Source: an uncultured Vicinamibacteraceae bacterium (lineage in GTDB: Bacteria; Acidobacteriota; Vicinamibacteria; Vicinamibacterales; UBA8438). From it: a stretch of DNA of 64,000 nucleotides. The notes beneath the pieces were generated by a model, which was not told the DNA's origin, did no database searches, and saw only the letters and a program-made list of their open reading frames with translations. Location: positions 2,896-66,895 of the forward strand of contig CAZPZZ010000002.1 of assembly GCA_964591245.1 (NCBI GenBank), given 5' to 3'. Position 1 is the first letter of the stretch, and the number at the start of each line of letters is the position of its first letter. Below are positions 46,600-54,847 of this stretch, in pieces. The translations under genes were made by a program, and so were the position numbers.

Positions 46600-47102
46600 C
46601 GTTACCTCGCGAGGTGCCAGCGGGTGTTTGGGGGGGCTGGCGGACCAATTCTCATGTTACTGTAGCTTCGATGGGCCTGCAACGCGCCGTTTCCTGCTGC
46701 AAGATCCCCGCTCTCTCAGGAGATAGCAAGACCTGTACCAGGGGCCGGGCTCACGCCCTCCCTGAGCATTTCTATATCGTGAGTCACGTCCGTTGTGTTT
46801 GTGTGTCTCCCTCGGCAGATCCTACGTGAACCGACGGGGTCTATACCGACCCCGTTCAGGTACAGTGTGCACTGAGAGTGTCCGCCTTGGGTGACCGCTC
46901 ACGTGGGCGTCAGGTTTCGCGGCGGTCTGGATGAAGGCGGTTGGGAAACGCGCGGATGTCGTGGACAAGTGCCCACCCATGTGCGACGCTGTAGCTATGG
47001 TCTGCTGCGGTGAGGTGGGTGAGCGTGCCCGTCTCCCATTCCCGCAATGCGACGTTTAGCGTCGGCCGTTTACGGTCGATGCGAGTCTTTGGTTCGGGAA
47101 CA

Positions 47103-47111
47103 CCCCCCCCC
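47103..47111. repeat. Poly(C)9 homopolymer tract in the tlpA upstream region
   Basis: Read directly from the sequence: ca-ccccccccc-gtggg. It lies 47 nt upstream of the tlpA-like ATG at 47158. Confidence 0.9.
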
Positions 47112-47157
47112 GTGGGCGAGCGCGCCTTGGAGGACGGTGTCGAAAGGAAGCAACACG

Positions 47158-47721
47158 ATGACGCTACGTTGGATAATTGCGGGGATGGCGGCACTCGCCT
47201 TGGCCCTCTTGACGTTGCCAGCTGGCTTCATGGCATCTCATGTCCACGCTCACCGGGTGGTGTCCGGTGGTGAGGCGGAGATGCTTCAGGCGTGCGATGC
47301 TCAGGCGAAGCCAGCCAACTACGATTTTACCCTGGAAGATCAGCACGGCGAGGAATTCGACTTTAAGAATTTGAAGGGCAAAGTCGTGCTGTTGAACTTC
47401 TGGGCGACGTGGTGTGGTCCCTGCAAGATTGAGGTGCCGTGGTTCGTCGAGTTTGCCGAGCAGTATCAGGGGCAAGGGCTTGAGGTTGTCGGATTGTCGA
47501 TCGATGACACAGTAGACAAGATCCAGGACTTTGCTGATGACTATGACGTCAATTATCCGATGCTGGTTGGATTGGGGCGCGAGGATTTCCTGGAGGCTTA
47601 CGGGCCGATATGGGGTGTTCCGATGACGTTTGTCATCGATCGCGAGGGAACCGTATGCCGTACACATGCTGGAATCGCTACGAAAGATGAATTTGAGCAG
47701 GACATCAAAGACCTACTTTAA
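47158..47721 (+). CDS. TlpA-family thiol:disulfide oxidoreductase (redoxin)
   Basis: ATG 47158 gives the anchor or signal MTLRWIIAGMAALALALLTLPAG. The thioredoxin-fold active site is VLLNFWATWCGPCKIEVP. Confidence 0.85.
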   Translation: MTLRWIIAGMAALALALLTLPAGFMASHVHAHRVVSGGEAEMLQACDAQAKPANYDFTLEDQHGEEFDFKNLKGKVVLLNFWATWCGPCKIEVPWFVEFAEQYQGQGLEVVGLSIDDTVDKIQDFADDYDVNYPMLVGLGREDFLEAYGPIWGVPMTFVIDREGTVCRTHAGIATKDEFEQDIKDLL

Positions 47722-47813
47722 GCGGCGAGAGGGAGTTTCCGCCTGATGCGGGCATCGGTCATGGATAAGACAGTGTCCTGGGACTGTAGTATGATCCTCG
47801 GGCGAGGATGTCG

Positions 47814-48038
47814 ATGCTGAAAGGGTTTGTCCATGCCGACCTGCCGTGCGGATGTCGCCTGGCGTTTCGAGAGGGTGTTGCTGGCAGTCCGGTCACAGTA
47901 GTGGTTGATCAAAAATCGCCGGCGTGCGTCTTGTCGCTGCACGTGCAGGGGCTGCCGGTGTACGACTACCGCGAGGCACTTCGCCCCTCGAACAGGATGA
48001 TCTCTATCGAAGAAGAGGGCTACGAGGAAGAAGGATAG
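47814..48038 (+). CDS. Small hypothetical protein (74 aa, acidic C-terminus)
   Basis: The ORF is in the track from 47808. I prefer ATG 47814 because GAGG lies 6 nt upstream. No recognisable motif. It is on the same strand as tlpA and close behind it. Confidence 0.3.
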   Translation: MLKGFVHADLPCGCRLAFREGVAGSPVTVVVDQKSPACVLSLHVQGLPVYDYREALRPSNRMISIEEEGYEEEG

Positions 48039-48051
48039 CTCTGGATCGGCG

Positions 48052-48354
48052 ATGAGCAGGCTATCGTCAGAATTTGAGATTTCGTGCCCCTGTTGCGGAG
48101 CCTTGCAAACCGTTGATCCTCACCTAAAAAGAGTCATCTCGCACAGCGAACCGGAGCGAGATGACAAACCTGAACTCGATCAGGCGCAGCGTATCCTTCA
48201 GGTCGAAGCAGAGCGTCGAGAGGCCCTGTTTCGACAGTCGGTCGACGACGAGAAATCTCGCGGCGACGCCCTCGCCAAGCGTTTCGACGAAGCACTCAAG
48301 CAAGCTCAAGAAGAGCCGATCACGAGACCGGAGCGAGAGTTCGATCTCGACTAG
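48052..48354 (+). CDS. Small hypothetical protein (100 aa; CPCC knuckle then charged coiled-coil-like tail)
   Basis: EFEISCPCCGALQTVDP is followed by an Arg/Glu/Asp-rich helix-like sequence. No family recognised. Confidence 0.4.
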   Translation: MSRLSSEFEISCPCCGALQTVDPHLKRVISHSEPERDDKPELDQAQRILQVEAERREALFRQSVDDEKSRGDALAKRFDEALKQAQEEPITRPEREFDLD

Positions 48355-49085
48355 TTTTTCTTCTGTACGACCGTAGCCCCTAGACGCCTGGTGGTGCCCC
48401 GGCCTACCGCGCGTCGGAACTCCGTGGGGAGTTCTGTCCACCGCTGTTGGCCAGCGAAGAAAAGCGGCTTTTGACCAGGGAACCGCGCCGCGAATTGGGT
48501 GTAGCGGGTCCGCCACTGGTCGATCTTCATCTCTGAACTACGAATCGGCCGGTGTGGGTGATCCTGAAGCAAACGTTCAACTTTCCACGCGTTGCGTTCA
48601 GAGAGTCGCCAATCGTAGTTGCCTAGATTTCTGAGATCCACGACGGCATACCCTGTGATTCGGCCTGTGTAGTCCACATACGGCTCGACGTAGCTGAGTG
48701 CGAGTGCTCTCGTCGTACGGAATACCGCCTTTCTTCCATGGAGGCCAGGGTCGCGTGAGCGGCCTATTGAGCCCCATCGGCCACGGGTCCGATACACGAA
48801 GAGGACATGGTCCAAGAAGTCGGTGGATTCGAAACTGAGCGCAAGCGGGGGAAAACCGTGTTGTTCAAGGACGACGGCAGCCGTCAGTACCGCTTCAAGG
48901 CAGTGGGCCGTTTGTTTGCGTACCACTCCGCGAAACGTGCGCAATGTCTTGGGAGCGGTATTGTAAGGGAGTGTGTTGAGGAATCGTTGAACTGCTAACG
49001 GTGTGCGGAGTTGTTCGATCAAACGGCGTTCTCGGGACGTGAACGGTGTATCGGGTGGCGTAGGGACGGGGGAGGCTAGGGGCAC
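48351..49085 (-). CDS. Hypothetical protein, possibly with a transglutaminase-like/papain-like fold
   Basis: QTAHCLEAVLTAAVVLEQHGFPP...LDHVLFVYRTRGRWGSIGRS has the Cys...His spacing seen in transglutaminase-like cysteine peptidase folds. The assignment is tentative. It lies 3 nt downstream of the hydrolase gene on the same strand. Confidence 0.45.
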   Translation of the reverse strand: MPLASPVPTPPDTPFTSRERRLIEQLRTPLAVQRFLNTLPYNTAPKTLRTFRGVVRKQTAHCLEAVLTAAVVLEQHGFPPLALSFESTDFLDHVLFVYRTRGRWGSIGRSRDPGLHGRKAVFRTTRALALSYVEPYVDYTGRITGYAVVDLRNLGNYDWRLSERNAWKVERLLQDHPHRPIRSSEMKIDQWRTRYTQFAARFPGQKPLFFAGQQRWTELPTEFRRAVGRGTTRRLGATVVQKKN

Positions 49086-49088
49086 AAG

Positions 49089-50090
49089 TCAGAACCGTGC
49101 AGTGGGATCCGGTCTCTGCTGGGCAATGGCATCTACGATACGCTGTTCTGCCCAGTATCCGTCGAAGCCGTTCCTGGCGCCAGCGTAGAACCCACAGTGC
49201 CCACCAAAACGGCTGATCTCGAGCGACACGTGGGGGTTGGCCAGGAGGTCCGGATGGTCAAATTGCTCACGAGGAACGAAGGGGTCGTCTTCGGCGCTTA
49301 CGATCAGTGTTGGGATCGTGACGCCGTCGATGACTCGGAGGCTGCTCGCTCGGTAGTAGTAGTCCTCGGCGTCGCGGAAGCCGTGGTGTGGTGCTGTGAA
49401 CCGCTCATCAAATTCTCGGACCGTGTGCACTCCCGTGAGTCGGGTGAGATCGTAGCGACCAGGCCATGCGCGAGATTTTCGTTTCATTCGCTGTTTCAAA
49501 TTACGCACAAAGTTCCATTGGTATACGAGATTTGCGCGTCGCTCAAGCGCCTGAACGCAGAGGCTGAGGTCCATCGTCGGGGAAACGGCGGCTATTGTCT
49601 TTAACTGGTGTGGTGCCTCCGCCCCGTAGTCCCCGGCGAGACGCAGTGCCACATTGCCCCCGAGCGAGTAGCCGGCCACCGAAATGGCTGGTAGGCGATC
49701 GAGTTGAAGTAGTTCGGCGATGACGGCCCTGGGGTCGGCTGAGAGCCCTGAATGATAGAGCCCTGCCGAGAGCGCCTCGGTCCCTCCGCAATTGCGCTGG
49801 TTCAGCATGACGGCGTTCAGTCCGGCCGCGTACGCTTTATCCGCGAGGCCGCGCATGTAATGGGCCTGGCTGGATCCTTCGAGTCCGTGCAATGCGATGA
49901 GTGTAGCGTGTTGTTGTGGATGTGGCTGCCAGTAGCAGTGGGCAAGTACGCGAGCGTCGTGAGCGACGTCGAAATACCGCGGCACAGCTGGAGGTAGTCG
50001 TGGAAAATGTCGTACGCGTCCCCACGTGAACAGGGTCATTCGGTGACCACCTCTGAGACGGGGGTGCGGTGTGAAGGTCGATTCAGGCAA
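49089..50090 (-). CDS. Alpha/beta-fold hydrolase, YheT/ABHD1-3-like
   Basis: LIALHGLEGSS, the nucleophile elbow AGYSLGGNV, and the downstream Asp and His regions (SAEDDPFV, GGHCGF) are present. Confidence 0.8.
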   Translation of the reverse strand: MPESTFTPHPRLRGGHRMTLFTWGRVRHFPRLPPAVPRYFDVAHDARVLAHCYWQPHPQQHATLIALHGLEGSSQAHYMRGLADKAYAAGLNAVMLNQRNCGGTEALSAGLYHSGLSADPRAVIAELLQLDRLPAISVAGYSLGGNVALRLAGDYGAEAPHQLKTIAAVSPTMDLSLCVQALERRANLVYQWNFVRNLKQRMKRKSRAWPGRYDLTRLTGVHTVREFDERFTAPHHGFRDAEDYYYRASSLRVIDGVTIPTLIVSAEDDPFVPREQFDHPDLLANPHVSLEISRFGGHCGFYAGARNGFDGYWAEQRIVDAIAQQRPDPTARF

Positions 50091-50167
50091 GTCGGCGTGA
50101 GTCTATCCCACTTGAGAGAAATGGTCTTGCAGAGATCACTAGATCATCGTGAGCGAGATCCGGGAGA

Positions 50168-51143
50168 ATGCGGCGCATGCGAATCCGGCGTCTGAACATC
50201 GGCTGCTTTGGCGGCGGGACTGGCCTGCCCAGTCTTATTGGGGGGCTCAAGCAGAATCCGTGGCTCCAGGTGAACGCAGTTGTCACGATGTTTGACAGCG
50301 GCGGGAGTTCTGGAGCGTTGCGCGACCAACTCGGTGTCTTGCCTCCTGGTGACGTGTTGCGATGTGCTCTCGCTTTGGCCCGTAATGAGACGGAGGCGAG
50401 GCGTATTCTCCTGACCCGCTTGTCTGGATTCGAGCACGACCGACTCGGGGGACACACCGGCGGAAATTTGCTGCTTTCGATGATGGGAGCAGTACAGCGG
50501 GGATTTTCTGGCCGCTGTGGACGGGTTGCGGACTCTACTCGACTGTGTAGGTCGTGTTTGGCCGATCAGCGTCGGTCAGGCTACCGTGTGCGCCGAGTAT
50601 GAGGATGGATCGATTACGCGGGGCGAGGTCGAGGTTGACGTTGAACAGAGCAAGGGGCGACGCATTCGTCGTATTTGGCTCGATCCGGAGGTCAGTATTC
50701 ATCCCGGTGCCGCTGCGGCCATTCCGGATTTCGAGGCCGTGGTCATCGGGCCCGGTAGTTTCTACACAAGTCTGGTTCCGATTTTTCTGCCGCGGGGCGT
50801 CCGGGAGGCAGTGGCGGTGGTAGAGGGACCGATCATTCTCGTCACGAATCTTCTGACGGAGGGACGTGGAATGACGGGGTTTACCGCGGGCACGGCGGTC
50901 CGTCGCATCAGTGAGGTGATTGGTCGCCCGGTAGATGTAGCGATCATCAACGTCGGTAATCCGGGTGAGGAGACGTTGGACCGCTATGCCGAGGAACATA
51001 AGGAGCAGTTGCTGATTGGGAACGTTCCGGACGGATGCGAAGTGATCACGGGTGAGTTTTGGCAGGGGCAGTTCGCCCGACATGCACGGCGTCGACTCGC
51101 GTATGCCGTCTGGGGGGTGTTGTCACAACGCCTGCTCACGTAG
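50168..51143 (+). pseudogene. YvcK/CofD-family (UPF0052, gluconeogenesis-factor-like) gene interrupted by a +1-nt frameshift near 50498-50502
   Basis: ORF 50168..50602 encodes the N-terminal part: IGCFGGGTGLPSLIGGLK, MFDSGGSSGALRD, PPGDVLRC and GGHTGGNLLLSMMGAVQ. ORF 50517..51143, in another frame, continues the family sequence: GDFLAAVDGLRTLLDCVGRVWPIS...VIGPGSFYTSLVP. Removing one nucleotide at about 50498 joins them as ...GNLLLSMMGAVQGDFLAAV... That junction matches the Bacillus YvcK spacing as I recall it (GNLLLAGMTSITGDF). The combined length is about 325 aa. Confidence 0.7.
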
Positions 51144-51485
51144 GCGTCTTCCCCCGGCCTATGCGTGCACACGATACTCCAGGTCCTGCCTGCGCACAGA
51201 CATCAAGGAAATATCTTTGTAGGGTAGCTTGGGAGTGGTGGAGTCGAGTGACGCGAGGGAACGTTTGACGGATGACGAGGCCAGCTGTACGGGGTGTCGT
51301 CATTTTCGCCCGGTGCATGCGGTGATGATTGACACACGGAGGCGTGCGTTCCAAGTTGCTTCTAGACCTTCCTCCTGGAAAGAGCGCTGATCTGGCGTTC
51401 TCGGGAAATTTTGCGACCGCGGGGTGCATCCAAAGGCAGCAGTTGACGCGAGCACAATAGGCCCCTCCCCCGGTATGATTGCCGG

Positions 51486-52916
51486 ATGCTCACGGCCGTG
51501 CTTTTCTATTTGTCGATTCTGTTGCTGGTCGGTGTCTACCGCAGTCGGCGGGTTAAGACGGGCGATGACTTCTTGGTCGCGGGCCGGACACTGCCGGCGC
51601 GGGTACTGGTCTTCACGCTACTGGCCACGTGGATCGGATCCGGGAGTTTGTTTGGCGGCGCTGGTCTCGGATATCGAGCCGGGTTTCCGGCGTTGTGGCA
51701 ATCCGCGGGAGCGTGGGTTGGAATTGCCCTCGTGTATTTCATCGCGCCTCGGGTGCGCCGTATTGCGCAGTACACGGTGCCGGACATTCTCGAGTTGCGC
51801 TACGGTCCGCTGGCACGGGTTCTTGGCACGGTGACGACTGTGCTGGCTTACTCGACGATCGCGGCCTATCAATTTCGGGGAGGTGGGCGTCTGCTGGCAT
51901 TGATTGCCCCCGTTGATCCGGATACCGGTGCGCTGATCACCATGATCTTCTGTGTCGTGTTCACGTCCTTGGCTGGCATGTTGTCGGTCGCGTATCTCGA
52001 CGTGGGTAATGGCTTGTTGATGACCATCGGCGTCATGTTGGCGGTGGTGTTCATGGTCGGGGACCTCGGAGGACTGGCTGCGTCGCTGGGAAGCCTCCGG
52101 GCAGATCAGGTCTCACTGTTTGGTACGCTCGGACCGCAGGCGTCACTCGCGCTTTTTCTGCCGACAATGTTTCTCTTGCTCGGCGAAGCGAACATGTACC
52201 AGAAGTTTTTCTCCGCGCGGAATGAGCGAACTGCGCGATTGGCGGTGGTGGGGTGGATTGCCGGGACCATCTTGGTCGAAACCTTGATTGAATCGACCGG
52301 CGTGTTGGCCAGTCTCATGATCCCGGGGTTGAGCGAGGCGGAGTCGGAGGAGATTGTCATTCGGGTTGCGACGGGCATTCTTCCTGACTTCATGGGGGTC
52401 CTGCTCGTATGCGGGGCGGCCGCCATCATCGTATCCACGGCCAACAGTTTCTTGTTGACCCCCTCAACAAACCTCATCAGGGACGTGTATCAGCGTTTTG
52501 TCAATCCGAACGCGACCGGACGAGACGTCATCGTCTACACGCGAGTGATTGTGGTTGTGCTCGGGGTCTTCGGGTACGTCGCCGGTAATTTTTTTCCGAC
52601 GATTCTCGCGATGGCACTGTGGGCCTACACAATGTATGGAGCCGGTATTACCCCGGCGCTGCTCGGGGCGTTACTGTGGCGCCGCGCGACTCCAGCCGGC
52701 GGGGTGGCGTCGATCTTGGTTGGCATGCTCACCACGCTGATCTGGGAGATCGTCGGTTTGGTGCGCGGGGATAACGGTATACCGGATTATTTGTTTGGCC
52801 TGCAGACGGCGTATCCGGCTTTGTTGTTGTCCATCGGTACACTGATTTTGGTCAGTTTGGCCACACCGCGTCAGACGGACCAGGAGGTACGTGCCCTCTA
52901 CGGGGAGGGGCGTTGA
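51486..52916 (+). CDS. Sodium:solute symporter family (SSF) transporter
   Basis: DFLVAGRTLPARVLVFTLLATWIGSGSLFGGAGLGYRAGF is the SSF N-terminal signature. The protein is polytopic over about 476 aa. The substrate cannot be inferred. Confidence 0.85.
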   Translation: MLTAVLFYLSILLLVGVYRSRRVKTGDDFLVAGRTLPARVLVFTLLATWIGSGSLFGGAGLGYRAGFPALWQSAGAWVGIALVYFIAPRVRRIAQYTVPDILELRYGPLARVLGTVTTVLAYSTIAAYQFRGGGRLLALIAPVDPDTGALITMIFCVVFTSLAGMLSVAYLDVGNGLLMTIGVMLAVVFMVGDLGGLAASLGSLRADQVSLFGTLGPQASLALFLPTMFLLLGEANMYQKFFSARNERTARLAVVGWIAGTILVETLIESTGVLASLMIPGLSEAESEEIVIRVATGILPDFMGVLLVCGAAAIIVSTANSFLLTPSTNLIRDVYQRFVNPNATGRDVIVYTRVIVVVLGVFGYVAGNFFPTILAMALWAYTMYGAGITPALLGALLWRRATPAGGVASILVGMLTTLIWEIVGLVRGDNGIPDYLFGLQTAYPALLLSIGTLILVSLATPRQTDQEVRALYGEGR

Positions 52917-52970
52917 GCGGGAGGTTCCTCGCTCGCCACGGTATTCTGCAGTTCTCTGGGTGACGTCGGA

Positions 52971-53273
52971 CTACTTCTGTTGCTCGGGTACGTACTCTGG
53001 TGGCAAGGCGGAACCCTCTCCAAAGAAGAAGTCCTCCATGGATTTCGCTACAAGCTCCTGAGCTTCCTTTTGCCAAGGCATGAGACGATACTCGTTGAGG
53101 ATCATCTTCATACGCTCTTCCCAGAGTTTCCAGGCCTCGGCGGAGATCTTTTCAAAGATCCGCTGTCCCAGTTCACCGGGCCAGGGTGGTTCGTCCAGCG
53201 CGGGGAGTTCCCTTTGGAGCTTGGCGCATTGGACGGTGCGCGGAGTGGCGTCTGGTTCTGGCGAGTCGGTCAT
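52971..53273 (-). CDS. yggX: Fe(2+)-trafficking / oxidative-damage protection protein YggX
   Basis: VQCAKLQRELPALDEPPWPGELGQRIFEKISAEAWKLWEERMKMILNEYRL aligns by eye with E. coli YggX ([34 protein letters not shown]...). The start is ATG 53273 or 53282. Confidence 0.8.
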   Translation of the reverse strand: MTDSPEPDATPRTVQCAKLQRELPALDEPPWPGELGQRIFEKISAEAWKLWEERMKMILNEYRLMPWQKEAQELVAKSMEDFFFGEGSALPPEYVPEQQK

Positions 53274-53297
53274 TTGACGCATCGTAACATGGGTACA

Positions 53298-54752
53298 ATG
53301 TCGATACGAGTTGGTTCCGGCCGTCGGGTGTTCGCGACGATGGGTGTGCTGGGCGGTACGTTTCTGGCAGCTATCGAGACTACCGTTGTCGCGGCAGCCA
53401 TGCCGACAGTGGCCGAGCAACTCGGTGGGCTGGAGTACTACAGCTGGGTGTTTTCGGCCTATCTGCTTGCGTCGACCGTTACGATTCCGCTCTGGGGCAA
53501 ACTGTCAGACCTCTACGGGCGCCGTCGGCTCTATCTCTGGTCGCTGGGAGTGTTCCTCGTGGGGTCTTCGCTATCCGGCGCCGCACAGACGATGTCTCAG
53601 TTGATTCTCTTTCGTGCCGTCCAGGGGGGTGGTGCCGGAGGGCTGGTGCCGTTGGGAATGAGCACCCTGGCGGACCTCTACCGTCTGGAGGAGCGTGGTC
53701 GGGTGCAGGGGTGGCAGAGTGCCGTGTGGGGCGTCGCCTCGGTCGTCGGACCTCTCGTGGGTGGGTACATCACGACTCTCCTGTCCTGGCGGTGGGTATT
53801 TTTTCTTAACATCCCCTGTGGCCTGCTCACCGCGGTGGTGCTGGCGTTCGCCTTGCGTGACGCAGAGCCCGGGGCGCGACGGCCCGTCGATTATGCCGGC
53901 GCTGCGTTGTTGATGATCGGGGCTACGCTCTTCCTGCTCGCGCTCAGTCGTACAGGCCTTAATCATGCTGCGGGAGGGGGTGTCTGGGTGCCGTTCTTGT
54001 ACCTCGCGACCGTGGTAATTGCCGTTATGCTGCTGAGGGTCGAGAGACGAGCAATGGAGCCCGTGGTTCCGCTGCATCTCTTATCCGATCGAATGGTGGC
54101 CTCGGTGGCGGTGACGGGACTCTTGGCCGGAGTCGGGGTGTTCAGTGCGATTTCCTATGTTCCACTCTTCGTACAGGAAGGGTTGGGAGGTACGCCAGTT
54201 GAGGCAGGAGGGGCACTGACGCCGCGCATACTGGGGTGGGTGCTGACCTCAGTGGTGACCGGGGGGCTCACGTTACGGCTGGGATACCGCCCGTTGGTAC
54301 TCATGGGGTTTGCCTGTGTCATGGTCTCTTTTGCCGGGCTTACCCAGGTCGAGGATATGTCTGATGTCGGACAGCTACAACTTCTCTTGGTGCTGATGGG
54401 CATGGGCATGGGGCTGAGCGTACTGTCTCTGGTGCTTGCCATGCAGAATAGCGTGCCACGTCGACATCTTGGCGTGGCCACCTCGTTTGGCCAGTTCACA
54501 CGTAGTATGGGAGGGGCAATCGGTGTTGCGGTGCTGGGTGCCGTGATTGCCGGCACACGCTCTTCCGGGGGAGCTGCCACTCAGGCCGAAACGGTGGAGG
54601 CCATCCACCGGGCGTTCTGGTGTGCTGCGTTGGCGTCGGGGGGGGCGTTATTTGCGGGGCTGAGGATCCCTCCCGGTCGAGCCAATGACCTCGTGCATGC
54701 AGACCATGCATCGGATGGGCGCATGATGAGTACTGATTCGCCACGCAAGTAA
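53298..54752 (+). CDS. MFS transporter, DHA2/EmrB-like drug:H+ antiporter type
   Basis: FLAAIETTVVAAAMPT, WGKLSDLYGRRRLY and LFRAVQGGGAGG are MFS DHA2-type motifs. Its length is consistent with 14 TM segments. The start is ATG 53298 or 53289. The 5' part of the track ORF (from 52980) is antisense to yggX and is discarded. Confidence 0.85.
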   Translation: MSIRVGSGRRVFATMGVLGGTFLAAIETTVVAAAMPTVAEQLGGLEYYSWVFSAYLLASTVTIPLWGKLSDLYGRRRLYLWSLGVFLVGSSLSGAAQTMSQLILFRAVQGGGAGGLVPLGMSTLADLYRLEERGRVQGWQSAVWGVASVVGPLVGGYITTLLSWRWVFFLNIPCGLLTAVVLAFALRDAEPGARRPVDYAGAALLMIGATLFLLALSRTGLNHAAGGGVWVPFLYLATVVIAVMLLRVERRAMEPVVPLHLLSDRMVASVAVTGLLAGVGVFSAISYVPLFVQEGLGGTPVEAGGALTPRILGWVLTSVVTGGLTLRLGYRPLVLMGFACVMVSFAGLTQVEDMSDVGQLQLLLVLMGMGMGLSVLSLVLAMQNSVPRRHLGVATSFGQFTRSMGGAIGVAVLGAVIAGTRSSGGAATQAETVEAIHRAFWCAALASGGALFAGLRIPPGRANDLVHADHASDGRMMSTDSPRK

Positions 54753-54847
54753 CCGCGACCGACCGGGAAGACGACGGGAATGGACGTGCGCTGTTCACAG
54801 TCGAGCCTGGGTGGTCGTCGGTGCCCGTGCCGTGCCGGCGGGACGGC

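Noticed and set aside
46910-47194. A 94-aa reverse-strand ORF in the long OMP/tlpA intergenic region.
   Set aside because: It overlaps the well-supported tlpA start and its ribosome-binding region. It has no recognisable motif and a low-complexity N-terminus. I kept it only as a note within the intergenic finding.
51144-51485. A riboswitch or leader upstream of the SSF transporter, and a TATGAT hexamer ending 6 nt before its ATG (possible leaderless mRNA).
   Set aside because: I saw no known riboswitch core (glycine, guanidine and others). The -10-like hexamer has no convincing -35 partner at a workable spacing. This is speculative without transcription start mapping.
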